Position numbers and translations under genes: made by a program
From: the human T2T-CHM13v2.0 reference genome, Homo sapiens
Assembly: GCF_009914755.1 (NCBI RefSeq)
Contig: NC_060930.1
Strand: one strand, 5' to 3'
Length of the DNA stretch: 64,000 nucleotides
Shown: positions 43,330-59,175 of the stretch, in pieces
Numbering within the stretch: the stretch's first letter is position 1
How the letters are laid out: every line of letters starts with the position of its first letter
The notes under the pieces: generated by a model
Database searches by the model: none
What the model was told of the DNA's origin: nothing
The model's input: the letters and a program-made list of their open reading frames with translations, nothing else

Positions 43330-43527
43330 AGGGGTGGCAAACTATGGCCCACAGGCCAATTCTGGCCTGCCACCTGTTTTTTTCAAATAAAATTTTACTG
43401 AAATAGGGTCATACTTATTCATTAATGTATTGAAAGGCAGAATTGAGTAGTCACAATAGAGACCAGATAGCCACCAAAGCCTAAATACAATACTTTCTGG
43501 CCCTTTAAAGAAAAATCTCCAATGCCT
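43330..43527 (+). mobile_element. MER58A (hAT-Charlie MITE)
   Basis: GGGGTGGCAAACTATGGCCCACAGGCCAATTCTGGCC...CTGGCCCTTTAAAGAAAAA. Confidence 0.8.
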
Positions 43528-44053
43528 AAGCTGTACAGCTGCTACTCAAGTTCACTTTGAAAAGACCAACAAGGACAGCCATGAAGCAATGAAAAGACAG
43601 ACTACGAAGGGTAACTAAACCCATGAGACATTAAAATAAACTTTAAAGCTTCTAATATTAAAACAACAGAGTTCCAAAACACAATTAGATAAAGGGACAA
43701 ATAGAAAAGGAAATCCAGAAATAAACACAAACACATATAGAAATTTAGTATACAATAAAGATGACATCTCAAATCACCAGGGCAAAAATGGACTTTTTAA
43801 TAAATGATGGTAAAACATCAAGGTAGCCACATGAAAATAGGTACAATTTGGTCTACACTTCATACCACACACCAATATAAACTCCCAATTGGTTAGGGTT
43901 CTAAATGTATACATGGAAATGATAAGATACTACAAGAAAACTAAAGTAAATTCTACATTAATCTTAGGGTACCAAAAATTTTCTATCTGTAAGACTGATC
44001 ATTTGACTAAAAATAAAAACTTTTTTTTAAAGTTTTCTTTTATATATACATAC

Positions 44054-44056
<3 letters not shown>

Positions 44057-44101
<45 letters not shown>
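44057..44101 (+). repeat. (TG)n microsatellite, about 22 units
   Basis: Perfect TG run adjoining an Alu tail. Confidence 0.97.
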
Positions 44102-44409
<308 letters not shown>

Positions 44410-46249
44410 AAAAACATTTTATATATATAAAAAATGAACAAAGTCAACGGTCAATGGGCAAACTAAGAGAAAATATTTGTAACAACATTTGAGATACAGG
44501 GACAATATACCTAATATATAAAGATCTCTTAAAAATTGAGGGAAAACGACAAACATCTGATAGAAAAATAAGCAAAAGACAATTCTCACACACACAAAAT
44601 ATAAAAATGTCCCTTAAATATATGAGAAGCTGTTCAATCTCATAATTAGAGAAATGCAAATTAAAATAAGTGATATTACTAGGAACAAAGAGAAACTTCT
44701 TCAAGTTGATAAAGCACATCTACAAGAAAACCACTGCTAACATCATACTTAATGGTGAAAACTTAGAAGCTTTCAGCTAACATCAGGAACAAGGTAAGAA
44801 TGTTCTCTCTCACCACTGCTTTTCAACATAATACTGGAATAGAGAGATAATGCTACAAGACAAGAAAAGGAAATAAAAGGTATAGAGATTAGGAAGGAAG
44901 AAATAAAACTGTCTTTGTAAGTGACATGACCATATATGTAAAAATCTGAAAAAATCATTGACAAAAAACTCCTGGGACTAGGAAGTGATTACAGTTAAGG
45001 TTGTACAATACAGGGTTAACATACAAATCAATTATTTTCCTCTATACCAGCAATGAACAAGTAAAATTTGAAATTAAAAACACAATACCATTTACATTAA
45101 CACTCTAAAAAATAAAACATCTTAAGTATAAATCTAACCAAATATGTTCATAATTTATGCAAAGAAAATTTGAAAACTCTAAGAAATAAAAAAGAGAACT
45201 AAATAAATGGAGGGATATTCCACATCCATGGATAAGAAGATTCAATATTGTCAAATAGTCAGTTCTTCCCAACTTGTACTACAGATTCAACACAATCCCA
45301 GCAAATTATCTTGTGAATATTGACATACTGATACAAAGTTTATATGAAGAGGTAAAAGACCTAGATTAGCGATCATAATGCTGAAGGGCAGGAACAAAGT
45401 TGGAGGACTGATGCTACCTAACTTCAACACTTACTATACTATTTGAAGTTACAAGACTAAAGCTATAGTAATCAAGAAAGTGTGGTAATGGTGAAAAAAC
45501 AGACAAATAGATAAATGGAACAGAATAGAGTCCAAAAATATACCCATATAAATAGAGTCAGCTGATCCATGATAAAGGAACAAAGGCAATAAATACAAGG
45601 CAGAAAAAGACAGTCTTTTCAACAAATGGTGCTGAAGTAACTAGACATTCACATGCAAAAAAAAAAAAAAAGAATAAAATTCTCTCATTTGCATCAACAT
45701 AAATGAACTTGGAGGACATTATGTTAAGTGAAATAAGACAGACACAGAATGATGAATACCACATAACCTCACTTACATATGGAGTATAAAACAGTCTAAC
45801 TGATAGAAACAGATGGTAAAATGGTGGTTACCAGAGGCTGAGACATAGCAGGGTTGGGAAGAAATTGGTCAAAGGATACAAAATTTCAGTTAAACAGGAG
45901 GAATAAGTTCTAGAGTTGTACTGTAGGTAAGTTCTAGAGTTCTACATCATGCCTAATAAAAATACATTGCATATTTGAAAATTGCTGAGAGTAGATTTTA
46001 TGTTCTCACCACAAGAAATGGTATGTGAGGTAATATATGTTAAATAGCTTGATTTAGCCAGTCCACAATGTATACATATATTGAGACATCATGTTCTACA
46101 TCATAAATACATACATACTTACTTCTCAATTAAAAAAAATTTACAAACCCCAAATGAATCAGATACCTAAGTATAAAACACAAAACTATAAAACTTCTAG
46201 AGGATAACATAGGAGAAAATCTAGATAAACTCGGGTATAGCAATGACTT

Positions 46250-46575
<326 letters not shown>

Positions 46576-46717
46576 TGATCCATGGAGGAAAATTGATAAG
46601 CTGGACTTTAAAATTAAAAATGTCTGCTCTATGAAATAAACTGTCTAGAGAATGAGAAGACAAGCCACCGACTGGGAGAAAATATTTGCAGAAGACACAT
46701 CTGATTAAAGACTGTTA

Positions 46718-47113
<396 letters not shown>

Positions 47114-47380
47114 ATTGTAGATACCCCATAGAATGTACAACATAAAGAGTGAACCCTAATGTAACCTATGGAGTTTGGGTGGCAATGATGTATCAACTTA
47201 AGTTCACTGATTGTAAGAAATGTATCACTCTGTTGAAGAGATTAACAGCGGGGGATGCTGTGTGTGCTATGTGTGTGGTATGTGCATGTGTCAGGGTAAA
47301 GAGAGTGGTAGGGGACATATGGGTACTCTCTGTATTTTTTGCTCAATTTTGCTATGAACCTAACAGTTCTCTAAAAAATA

Positions 47381-47697
47381 AAGTCTATAAAAAATGAAAT
47401 AATTTTTTAAATGTACATGAAATACCAGTTCTCACCAATTAAATCTGCATATATTAAAAGGTATGACAATGCATTTTGTTGTCGACACTGTAAGGAAACA
47501 GACACACTCATATGTTGCTGGAGGGAATGCAAACTGGTAAGTCTATAAAAAAAGAAATAATTTTTTAAAAGTACATGAAATACCAGTATCACCAATTAAA
47601 TCAGTATACATTAAAAGGCATGACAATGCATTTTGCGGTCAACACTGTAAGGAAACAAACAAACTCATACGTTGCTGGAGGGAATGCATATGGGTAC
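47381..47697. repeat. Tandem duplication, 2 x about 158 bp
   Basis: AAGTCTATAAAAAA.GAAATAATTTTTTAAA.GTACATGAAATACCAGT...GTTGCTGGAGGGAATGCA at 47381 and 47539. Confidence 0.92.
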
Positions 47698-50017
47698 AAT
47701 CTCGTCCGGAGGGGAATGTGGCAATATGTAACAAAACTAGATATACATTTACTTTTGACTCAGCAATCCCATTTCTAGAAATGGACTCTGAAGATTCACC
47801 TCCAATAACATGAAAATATAAAGCATAAAATTACTCATAGTAATGTTTGTAACGGGAAAATATTTAAAATAAATATCTGTATGTAAGAAAATGGTGAATA
47901 AACTATGGTACATACATCCACACATAATGGAGTACTATGCAACTGTAAAAGAGAATGAGGAAAATCTTTATCAACTGATGTGGAGTGATTTCCAGGATAA
48001 ATTATAAATTTAAAAAAGCAAAGTGTAAAAAAGTATGTTGTATTTTATGTAAGAAAGTAAAAATAAAAAATTATATATGTAGTTCTCCACTTGCCCCAAA
48101 AAACAAGAAACTAATGAGATTGGTTATCATTACAAGGCAGATAAAAATGGAATTGATGGCACAGGAAAACAGAATTGGGTGGAGGAGAAGAGTCACATTT
48201 CTCTGAGAATATGAATACACAGCACACATATTTTTACTTTTAGAATTATGTTACATTTTACATATTCAATACATGAATGAACTAATGAACTAAATAGTCA
48301 AGATGGAAGAGAAAAGCATAAAAACAAATGCGCCTGTGTTTCAAATAAATAACAACTACACAGAAGAGGAAAAAAAATAACTCTAACACAATATTGGGAC
48401 TATGTATATTCAATCTAAAGATAAAAATAACTCGAATCAGTACAGATTTTCTCCCCTGTTGGGATAAGGGTACATTACTTAATGTGTATCCTAGGACTGA
48501 ATAAATAAGTAAGTATACTATGGATAATGTCACCTAGATTCCCCATTGTCAATGAAGAAGGCTACAAACAGAAAAGAGAAAGGCTAGAATGAACTCTGTA
48601 GTGTTTAACTGGAATTAGAAGTACCAGTATAAGTCAAGATTTTAAGGTTTATATAGAGAATAAAGAAACGTATATATGTGTGAAATTACGTATGTTTATT
48701 TTTTTTTCCTAGTAATGTTTGCTGAGAAGTCATGGAAACAATAAAATCCTAGTAGTAATGAGTATACCAAGCATTCAGACATGGGTTTCTAAATACCATT
48801 CTACATTGAAAAGAATCAAGACTCTTTGGAGAAATGGCTGTTTCCACGGTTTGGAAAGTATAAGATAAGCCTGGACCATCCTGATGTGTCAGAAAGTAAG
48901 GAAGTGCTCAAAAAGTGGTGCAATATGCCAGAAGGACCCACAATTCAGGATGGAAGGACTGCCACTGTACAAATCTGGAACAAGCAGAACATTGAACTAA
49001 GTAATAACAGTAATAAATTAGTCACACAATAAGAATCCATGAATTTGTACTCATTAAAAAAAAGTGTATAGAAGGGAAAGTTTTTTTGCATTAGAAAAGC
49101 AAACAAATATAGAAGAAATGATGGAATTAAAAATTTCACGATGTTCAATCAAAAGAAGAGTACTGTGCAAAAATCTACTGGATGAAAAATTTTATGAGAA
49201 TCAAGATATTTACATAATCTGAAAATATCTCCCCACTAGATATTTAATAATTATAAATATAAAAAGAGTAACTTCACAGTATAGAAACCTGGAAGACACC
49301 ACCTTAACCTAATGGTATCCTCAACTAAAGTGAACATGACCAGTAATGAGATAAAACATCATGAGCCTCCTAATATGATGCAAAGAGAAAAACATAACAT
49401 CACTTCTGCGGTATCTTGCCAAAAATGTCTAAACTGAATCTGATCACGAGGGAACATCAGAAAAACCCAAACTGAGGGAAACTACCAAATAAATGGCCTA
49501 AATATTCAAAAAATGTCAAAGGTATGAAAGACAAAGTCTGAAGATATGTTCACAATAGGGACAACATTATAATTAAATTAAATGACTGATGCTGAATTAG
49601 ATCTTGGTCCACAGAAAACATTTTTTTCTTTTTGTCTTAAACAACATGAGTGGAGCAATTGGCTAAGTTTGAATAAGGTCTGGAGATTAGATAATAGTAC
49701 TTATTGTATGAATGTTAATTTCCTGACTCCGATAATGGTAATGATAATTTCTAGAGAATATCCTTGTTTTTAGGAAATATACAACTGAATATTTAGGACA
49801 GGCTTTCTCAATTAGGGTTCTAGAAAAGAAGTCCCCAAAGAAAATGTATTCGAATGACTGTTTTCTCAGTTCTCCTAGGGATGGCATGTAGCTAGCAGTA
49901 CTGTACATGCATAGGAGAGCAGGATTCCATGGCTTGATTCTCTGTTTGAGAAGAGACATGTCTACAATTTATTCTCAAATGGCTCAGGGAAAAATCTATA
50001 TATATGTATATGTGTAT

Positions 50018-50389
50018 TGCTATGCTTTGAATGTGTCCTCCAAAGTTAATGCATTGGAAACTTCATCCCCAATTCAATGATGTCGGGAAACAGATCCTAA
50101 TGGGAGGTATGTAGGTAACAGGGGCACCACCCTCATAGACTAATGCCATTATTTCAGGAGTCGGTTCCTCACAAAAAGATGAGTTTGGTCCCTTTCTGAG
50201 CACTCTTGCTTGCTCTCACCCTCTCTTTGCCCTTTTGCCATGAAATGACACAACAAGAAGGCTCTCACTAGATGCCAGCCCCCGTCTTGGACTTTCAAAT
50301 CTCCAGAATCATGAGCCAATAAATTTCTGTTCATTATAAATTACTCAGTCTATGGTATTCTGTTATAGCAGCCCAAAACAGACTAAAAC
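50018..50389 (+). mobile_element. MaLR LTR (MST family)
   Basis: TGCTATGCTTTGAATGTGTCCTCC...AATAAATTTCTGTTCATTATAAATTACTCAGTCTATGGTATTCTGTTATAGCAGC. Confidence 0.85.
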
Positions 50390-50574
50390 GTTTGTTTAAT
50401 AGACAGAGGCAAAATCATAAAGCAAACATGGTAAAATGTTAACATTTAGAGCATATGAGTGAAGGGTATATGGGAGTTCTTTGTACCATTTTGCAATTTT
50501 TTGTATATCTGTACTTATTCAAAATTAAAAGGTATTTTATTTTGGTTTTCAAAAAACATGGTGGCTAAAGATTG

Positions 50575-50805
50575 GTTTATTTTGGTGGTTAATACTGACA
50601 GTTTAAGCTCTGGATGCAGATTTTGGTTCAAATTCCCACTCTCCTCCTTTGTAGCTGTGAGAACTTGGGTTAGTAACTTAATTTCCTTCAACTTCAATAT
50701 TCTCTTTTTTCCTCACAGAGTTGCTATGAGAACAAAGACACTGCCGGTACTAAGCTCAATGCCTAGGTCTCAGTAGATGCTTAATAAATGGTAGATTCTA
50801 TTATT
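50575..50805 (+). mobile_element. MIR
   Basis: GGTTCAAATTCCCACTCT...AGCTGTGAGAACTTGGG core. Confidence 0.6.
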
Positions 50806-51374
50806 TTCTTAATTCTACCTTCACATGCACAAAACCACTAACATGTATTAAGCCCATTTTCTATGCCTGATTCTTGTGCAAAGCCTTGTTCAAAACCCAC
50901 TTGCAATAACTAATAAAACAATTTGGCCAGTTAATGATTAATATGAAGATTATGCAAAAACTAGAAAAAAATTATGGAGAAATATTAGAAGGAAAAGGAA
51001 GAATTCCAACTCAGAATCACAACTAAGTAAAGATATGCCGGGATACAGACAAATAGCTGTTATAAGATGGGGGGTTCATAAAAGGTTTTGTCTTTTAAAA
51101 TTTGTATTAGTGTTAAGCTCAAAAGGAGAATAGAGTGAAAATAAAGGATTCTTAGTTTTGTCACAGCCAGGCAAATCATTTACATTATTCCCTAAAGTTA
51201 TCAGTCCAAGATGTCTTATTTGCCCTAAACAACCAATGAAGTGTGGGGCATTAAGAAGAAGAAAAAAAAAACTGAATAAATAAGGAAATAATTTTCCTAT
51301 TCATATCCAAGCTTTTTTTAGATGTCAACACCTAAAAAATAAGTCTGGGTGTCAAACCTCAAAACAGATCATAA

Positions 51375-52110
<736 letters not shown>

Positions 52111-52499
52111 AAAGTGTGAACAAATACCAGAACAAAAAGGCAATCATTATCCTTGGACCCCCAGTAGCTGTATAACAGACTAGACCAGTAGCCCTGGCTG
52201 GTTCATCTAGCAAGCCCAAATACATCTTTCAAGTCTTAGCTCCAGGGTACCCTCCTTCAGGATGCTTCTCTTGCCCCATCCTAGGAAGAGACTAGTACTC
52301 TTTCCTGCCTAGGGTCGAAGTGAAAGGAATAAACTGGAACACGACAAAAGTCCAAGCAGACAGGCTAATTCATACAACTTGAGAGTTCATGGTTATCCTT
52401 AAAGGGTATATGGGACCAAGAGACAAAGTTAGTAAAGCATTATTTAAAAATTAGATGGTGTTTATAGGCCTTAGACTTGGAAATTTCTCATTTATTTTT

Positions 52500-52712
52500 C
52501 ATTGATTACATGGATTATCTCATTTAGTCCTCCCAAGGACCCTATGAAATAGGTATTAATACCAGTGTTTGGATCTTATAGATGGAAAACCTGATGCTTA
52601 GGGCAGTTAGATAATCACCCAACAACTTACAAATAGTAAGCAGCAGAGCCAGGATTTCAATACCTATCTTCTGACTCCAGAGCCTGCCTAAGCATTAGGC
52701 ATACTACCCTCT
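52500..52712 (-). mobile_element. MIR
   Basis: ATCTCATTTAGTCCTC...GCAGAGCCAGGATTTCAA...CTGACTCCAGAGCC. Confidence 0.7.
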
Positions 52713-52965
52713 TTGTGCTACAAATCAATCAAAAAGCAATTACTGCAAGCCTAATGTGAATATGCATGCATGTTGAAAAGGAGTAGAAAATAGCCTTAAG
52801 TTGGTAGGATAGGGCTCAGTTTTATCACTCTGCTATCTTAGGAGCTAAGAAAGGGGCATTCTCTTTTTCCATATATCTTCTCCCATACTTTCCTGTCTTT
52901 CACCCTGCCCCACCCCACACCCCCATCCACATTTATACAGAAACAGAGCCTGGTATACCACTTAC

Positions 52966-53054
52966 CGTAACAAGAAAGACTCAAGACCATCTTCCTTTTG
53001 GTTTCAAAAGGTCTCTAGTTCAGAACTATTCACAACACTCAATTCTTGCCTCTC
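52966..53054 (-). other. ZNF322: ZNF322 non-coding exon (89 bp)
   Basis: Acceptor TTTTTCCTCTAG| and donor ACG|GTAAGT. Confidence 0.7.
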
Positions 53055-53184
53055 CTAGAGGAAAAATCAATAATGTAGACGATGACCTTGTGAAATTTAT
53101 AATTCATAATTTTTCTAGAGCTGGCCTAGAAAACTGGTCCCATTTCCTCTCCATTCTAGTGAGCATCCTTCAACCATAGCTTAC

Positions 53185-53259
53185 CTCTTCCCATCTTTGC
53201 TTACACTGTTTCTCCTGCAGGAAGTACCTGCCACTGGTAGCCATCAGTTCCGACCAGCT
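53185..53259 (-). other. ZNF322: Candidate alternative ZNF322 5'UTR exon (75 bp)
   Basis: Acceptor ATTTTGTCTAG| and donor GAG|GTAAGC. Confidence 0.45.
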
Positions 53260-53714
53260 CTAGACAAAATGTCAAGAATCTTTCTATTACTAACTGTAAC
53301 TTCATAACAAAGCCCTAAGCCTCGTTTTTCGTTTGTTTTTTCTCCTTCTGCTAATTGTTTTTGTTTGTATTATCTCAACTCCTAAGATCAAAGACCCATT
53401 CGTCTACCACTACAAACCCCAAAGTGCATGTGATAAGTGTATATAATATAAAGTTATCTGTAATTCCATTTTCCAAAAAGAAATGGTTATAGGAAGATTA
53501 AACAAACCAGATTTTTCTGCAGATAGATTCAACTGCAACATAACTAATTTCTGCACTGAAGATGAAGCGAAAAATCCATTCAAGGTCCTTTTTTTCCTCG
53601 ATATATATGAAAGATTATATTGCTTTGAAAAGTGCCTTGCAGTGTTTACTATCTCTAGGAACTACCGTACTAAGGTTCTCTTCTTTCAACTTTTCATTGA
53701 CCATCTTTCAGTCC

Positions 53715-54380
53715 TCCGTCCGCCGTCAGCGGAGACCAGACCATGCTCAGTGTCCAGGAACAGGGGCTGCTCCCACTCGACTGTGGCCGTGGGTCTTGGG
53801 TCCCACCGCGCACCCATCCCACCCCTGGGCCCCGCAGGCCGCGCTTACCCTGGCAGCCGCCGGCGCCGCCCCTAGGCCTGGGGACAGCACTTCCGGTTAC
53901 TCTCCGGACACTCGAATCTGGGCTTCCTGGCGGCCGCAGACTCTGCGATAGTAGATCTAAGGGCCAGGCTTCGGGAAGGAAAGAAAAGCGAACCCGGCAC
54001 GGACAAGACCTAGGAGCAACTCCCTTCGTGCGCCTAGACTAGAGGAGTTGGGGCCAGGCCGCCCACAGAGCGCTTTAACAGAGCGCTTCAAGGGCCCACA
54101 AGGCCGGCTACGCAAACCCTTTCAAGCTGGCTGGGAAGAGGCCGGCGCAGCCCCACCCCCGCAAGTCACATGATCACCCCTCTCCGGCCACTAGGGCGTT
54201 CCAACCCCGGCCCCTGGGCCAATAGGAGCCGAGTCTTCGGAAAGGGGCGGGGCCCGGGGCGCCTGCGCTCTGGGAGCCCTCGGCGTTTTGGTGGGAGGGG
54301 GTCTTGCTGGCGCAGTGGAAGGCCGGCTGCGGGGGGAGGCGATCGCTGCCACCCTGTCTAAGAAGAAACGGCACCAACAG
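53715..54380 (-). promoter_or_regulatory. ZNF322: ZNF322 CpG-island promoter and exon 1 (donor CAGG|GTAAGC at 53849/53848)
   Basis: CpG-rich; ETS site CACTTCCGGT 53888-53897, E-box GTCACATGAT 54165-54174, CCAAT 54219-54223, GC box GGGGCGGGGC 54244-54253. Confidence 0.85.
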
Positions 54381-55069
54381 CGTTGCAGTTTATGTTACAG
54401 TTTCCCCAAGGCTGTTAACCGAGGACTCAAACCAGGAGTAGAGTCACAAAGATTAGATGCCACTGACCCTGAGAGAAACACCAGGAAAGATCTGGGAGAG
54501 ATAGAGGATTCTGAAGCACAGTGGCAGCGCTGTCATCCACGAAGATGTGGCCAGCGAGATGGAAGAAATGCTTTTAAAAGTGGTGGACTTGTGTGGGTGG
54601 AGAAAACAGCAGCGAGAGAAAGTACTGTGGGAGGTTCCCCAGTCCTTGCTGATTATGTTTCTGATTTGGAATCAGCTAAGAGTAAATCACCTAGTGGTGG
54701 GCTGGAACAGAACTCAGTTCTTTAGGTTGAACACTGGGTATTCTCCCAGCTCAATTGTTAAATTAAAAAAAACAAACCAACAAAAAACAGTTTTTAAATG
54801 TCCTCAGCTATCAAAGGGAAAAGATGAGTAGTAGGAATATGGAAAACTAAACCCTGGGCAGCCTGGCCAAGGACTTGGATTGTGAGCCAGTTGCTGAGGT
54901 TTAGTAATTGGGGAGCGCAGTCTCTGAGACACGTATTCAGTATTAACTAATCATGTTCCTACTAGTGGAATTCTTCCGCAGAGGGTCTACAGCTTATTCT
55001 ACTTTCATGTTTATTTTTAATGAAACTTTCAAGGTCAAAATATTCCACTCAGGGTTGTCTTAATATTTT

Positions 55070-55290
55070 GAATAATAACATTTTGAGTGTGTAGCATGTA
55101 TCAAACACTGTTCTAATAACTTTACACTATTGTCTCATTCAGTTGTAACAAAAATCGTGTGAGATATGTATTCTTTTAGGAGGAAACTGGTGCACAGAGA
55201 GATTAAGTAGCTTGCCCAGGATCACATATTACTGATGAAGCTGTAATGTGAACAGTCTGATGCCAGATTCTGTGCTTGCAGTCACTATAC
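55070..55290 (-). mobile_element. MIR
   Basis: GAGGAAACTGGTGCACAGAGAGATTAAGTAGCTTGCCCAGGATCACA. Confidence 0.75.
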
Positions 55291-55513
55291 TTATGGCTAC
55301 CTCAATAGTGGTGAGTGTATTGTGTAAAATTATTGGAATAAAAATTAAGCAAGTTGGATTCTGATCTCTGCACTGCATATAACAAGGTCTGAATATGTGT
55401 AGAATTGAACTGTTCAACCTTTTCTTTCAGGATACATTGGCCCAAAGTACTCTTTATTAATTGTTTTATTCAGTTAAACATTTATTGAGCACCTCCAATT
55501 AACAGGACACCAT

Positions 55514-55836
<323 letters not shown>

Positions 55837-56652
55837 TTAAAGGCCAGTGAGACTCAATACCACTCCTTTAATGGCTCACAGTCTGGTATGGAGACGGCAG
55901 GGGTTTTAGGTGGTGTGGTAGAGGTAGAAGTTGTATAAGGTCATCTGGGGGCATAGAGGTGAAGCACTTTGTAAGAACTTTGAGAAAGAGTCAGAAAAGA
56001 CTCTGTAGGAGATGAGACATAAGGTGAGACTCGAAGGAATAGAAGTAAGGAGTTGGCTGAAGATGAGCCTGAAATGGAAGATGGAAAATAAGTACAGAGA
56101 CATTTGAATGTGATTTCAGTTAGTGGAATTTATCTTATATGAAATGGGAAGCAATTCTTGGAATTTCAAGCTGTGGAAATAGGGCAATTATCCCCACATT
56201 TAAAATCTTTAGAAAGATTATTTTTAGTTTTAAGTATGAGGATAAAGAGTAAGAAGGAGCAGCCAGGAAATTATGAGGAAAACAAAAGTGGACTACGACA
56301 ACCAAGGGAGGAGAGTTTCAGTTAAGAGGTTTTTGACCAGACACTGTGGCACATGCCTGTAGCCCCAGCTGCTTGGTAGGCATAGGTGGGGGGATCACTT
56401 GAGCCCAGGAGTTCCAGACCAAGCTTGGGCAACATACTTCTTGTGGTTCTGAAGAGGATCTGGCTTTGAGGATAGAGATGAAGGGTATGGAAAGACTATT
56501 GTGACTAGAGTTGAGCAAGTGGGAAATTGTGAACTGCAGCCCCTGGAAAGGTGCATTTCAGTATCTTGTTTCCTAGAAGCCAGTAGGTCTGAAACTTCTT
56601 TCTGAGATTATCCACTGGAAAGTAGATTGGTCCTATGGAGAGTGTATGTATC

Positions 56653-56843
56653 TAGGGTTGCCAAATTTAGAAAGAAAAAAGTACAGGAAACCCAGTTACA
56701 TTTGAATTTTAGATAAACAATAGATTTTAAAAAAGTTTTTAGGGAATATATTTTTCCCATGGGACATACACTAAAAAAATGGTTCATTGTTTATCCGATA
56801 TTTAAATGTAACTGGGCATCCTGTATTGCATCTGACAATCATA
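56653..56843. mobile_element. MER53 (palindromic hAT MITE)
   Basis: TAGGGTTGCCAAATTTAG...CCCAGTTACATTTGAAT...GATAAACAA mirrored by TTGTTTATC...AAATGTAACTGGG...TCTGACAATCATA. Confidence 0.85.
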
Positions 56844-57971
56844 TAAGTAGCCTTTGTATGGAAACATATTCTGTGGAAGCAGTTCGTTTATAAGGGGCAG
56901 CATTTGTGATAAGATGAGGCAGGGAATTGCAGTTTCCTAGGATTTCTCCTTCTGAGAGAATAAAGAGACATCACCTAAGAGGGTTAGATCATGTGAGTGA
57001 CTGAACTAATGTGATAAGATCTGATTATGGGAGAGAAAGATTGAGTTATATCTTTAGTTCGGCCAAATATTTGGTAAGAATAAGGACATGGCGATTTGGG
57101 AAATAAGAAATATAAGTTTGGACTAATGTCAAGTAGAAGGATAAGAGATTGGAGATCAGGGAAAAGGAGCAGGATCAGGGGACAACATAGGTTTAGTGTA
57201 TGAATCATATTGAGGTGGAAAGGTAAATTTGAGTAGAAAGTGACGTCAAATAGGTTACTTATATGATCAATTAAAGTTGGTTGGATGAACATGATTAGGC
57301 AAGCAAGTCAGAGGCATGCAGGGTATGAGTTGGGGTTGGATAAAGTATGGATAGTTGATGAGTTGTAGAGGAAAGTGATCAATGGATTTGAGACTGAGGA
57401 GAGAGTTTTTTTTGGAAGGTGTAGATACATTGGAATTCCATTTGAAAACCCTTTAAATTCTTCTTAGACACCATGCAGTCTTTTTATTTTTCTAAATCAT
57501 TTTCCAAAGTGATTTACACACTAAAAAGGAATACCTTAGACCATGCAATAAAGGACAGACAGATGATCTAAAGAACAGGACATAATCAAGATTTCAGTGG
57601 AAATTCCCAAGGTACTTAAGGAAACAACTGGGGTCAGAGGAAGGCTAAAGAATACTGTGGCAGGTTTTGGCTATGTTAGAATTTTTCCTGCCGAAATCTA
57701 AGCTGAAAGTTTCCACGAAGGAACTCTGAAAAAGAGAAAGTCCTCTTCTGTGTCTCTACGGCAGGCATATTTGCGATTTTTGGGATCCTGATGCATGCAC
57801 TGTTAATGGAGATTTACAGGAGTCAGACCCAAAATCAACGTTAGTGGCCTCAATTTTTCTTCATCTGCTGCAGCTTGTTACTGAGAGTTCTGGTGATTGT
57901 TCCGTACCTGTTACTCCAACTAGATTTTAACTTAGTACAGAAAAGGTCTTTCATCCATGTCATCTCTTCTT

Positions 57972-58577
<606 letters not shown>

Positions 58578-58856
58578 TAATTTACCTTTTCTCTCATACA
58601 TTGAATCTATCTGGCTATTCACCATTATTCCTTTTCCTGAATGATGCGTGGCTGCCTTTTCTGTGTTTTCCGTCCAGCTCTCCAGCTTATCTGTTTTACA
58701 GTGCTCTACTTTGTCTTTCCATCTTGACTGTTACAAGTTCATAAGACAATACCTCCCTCCCTGAGCTGAGGTAAGAATGAAATGTAGTAATTAATGCAAA
58801 GGTATCATCATAGTGACTCGGCATGTAATAGATACCCATTAAAATGTTAGTTCTAG

Positions 58857-59165
58857 GGCTGGCATGGTGGTTCACACCTGTAATCCCAGCACTTTGGGAA
58901 GCCAAGGTGGTGGATTGCTTGAGCTCAGGAGTTCGAGATCAACTCAAGAGCAGCCTAGGTAATGTGGTGAAACCCCATCTTCACCTAAAATACAAAAATT
59001 AGTCGAATGTAGTGGTGCACACTTGTGGTCCCACCAACTCAGGAGGTTGAGATGGGAGGATCCCTGGAGTCCTCTGGGAAGTTGAGGCTGCAGTGAGCTG
59101 AGATTGTGCCACTACACTTCAGCCTGGGTGACAGAGTGAGACCCTGTCTCAAAAAAAGAAAAAAA
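58857..59165 (+). mobile_element. Alu (AluJ-like)
   Basis: Diverged dimer. Confidence 0.88.
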
Positions 59166-59175
59166 TTCTTTAAAG

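Noticed and set aside
54288-54725. 145-aa plus-strand ORF head-to-head with ZNF322
   Set aside because: Non-ATG start, begins in GC-rich promoter DNA, no recognisable homology.
56653-56843. miR-1302 gene copy
   Set aside because: The mature-sequence region is disrupted (GGGACATACACTAAA).
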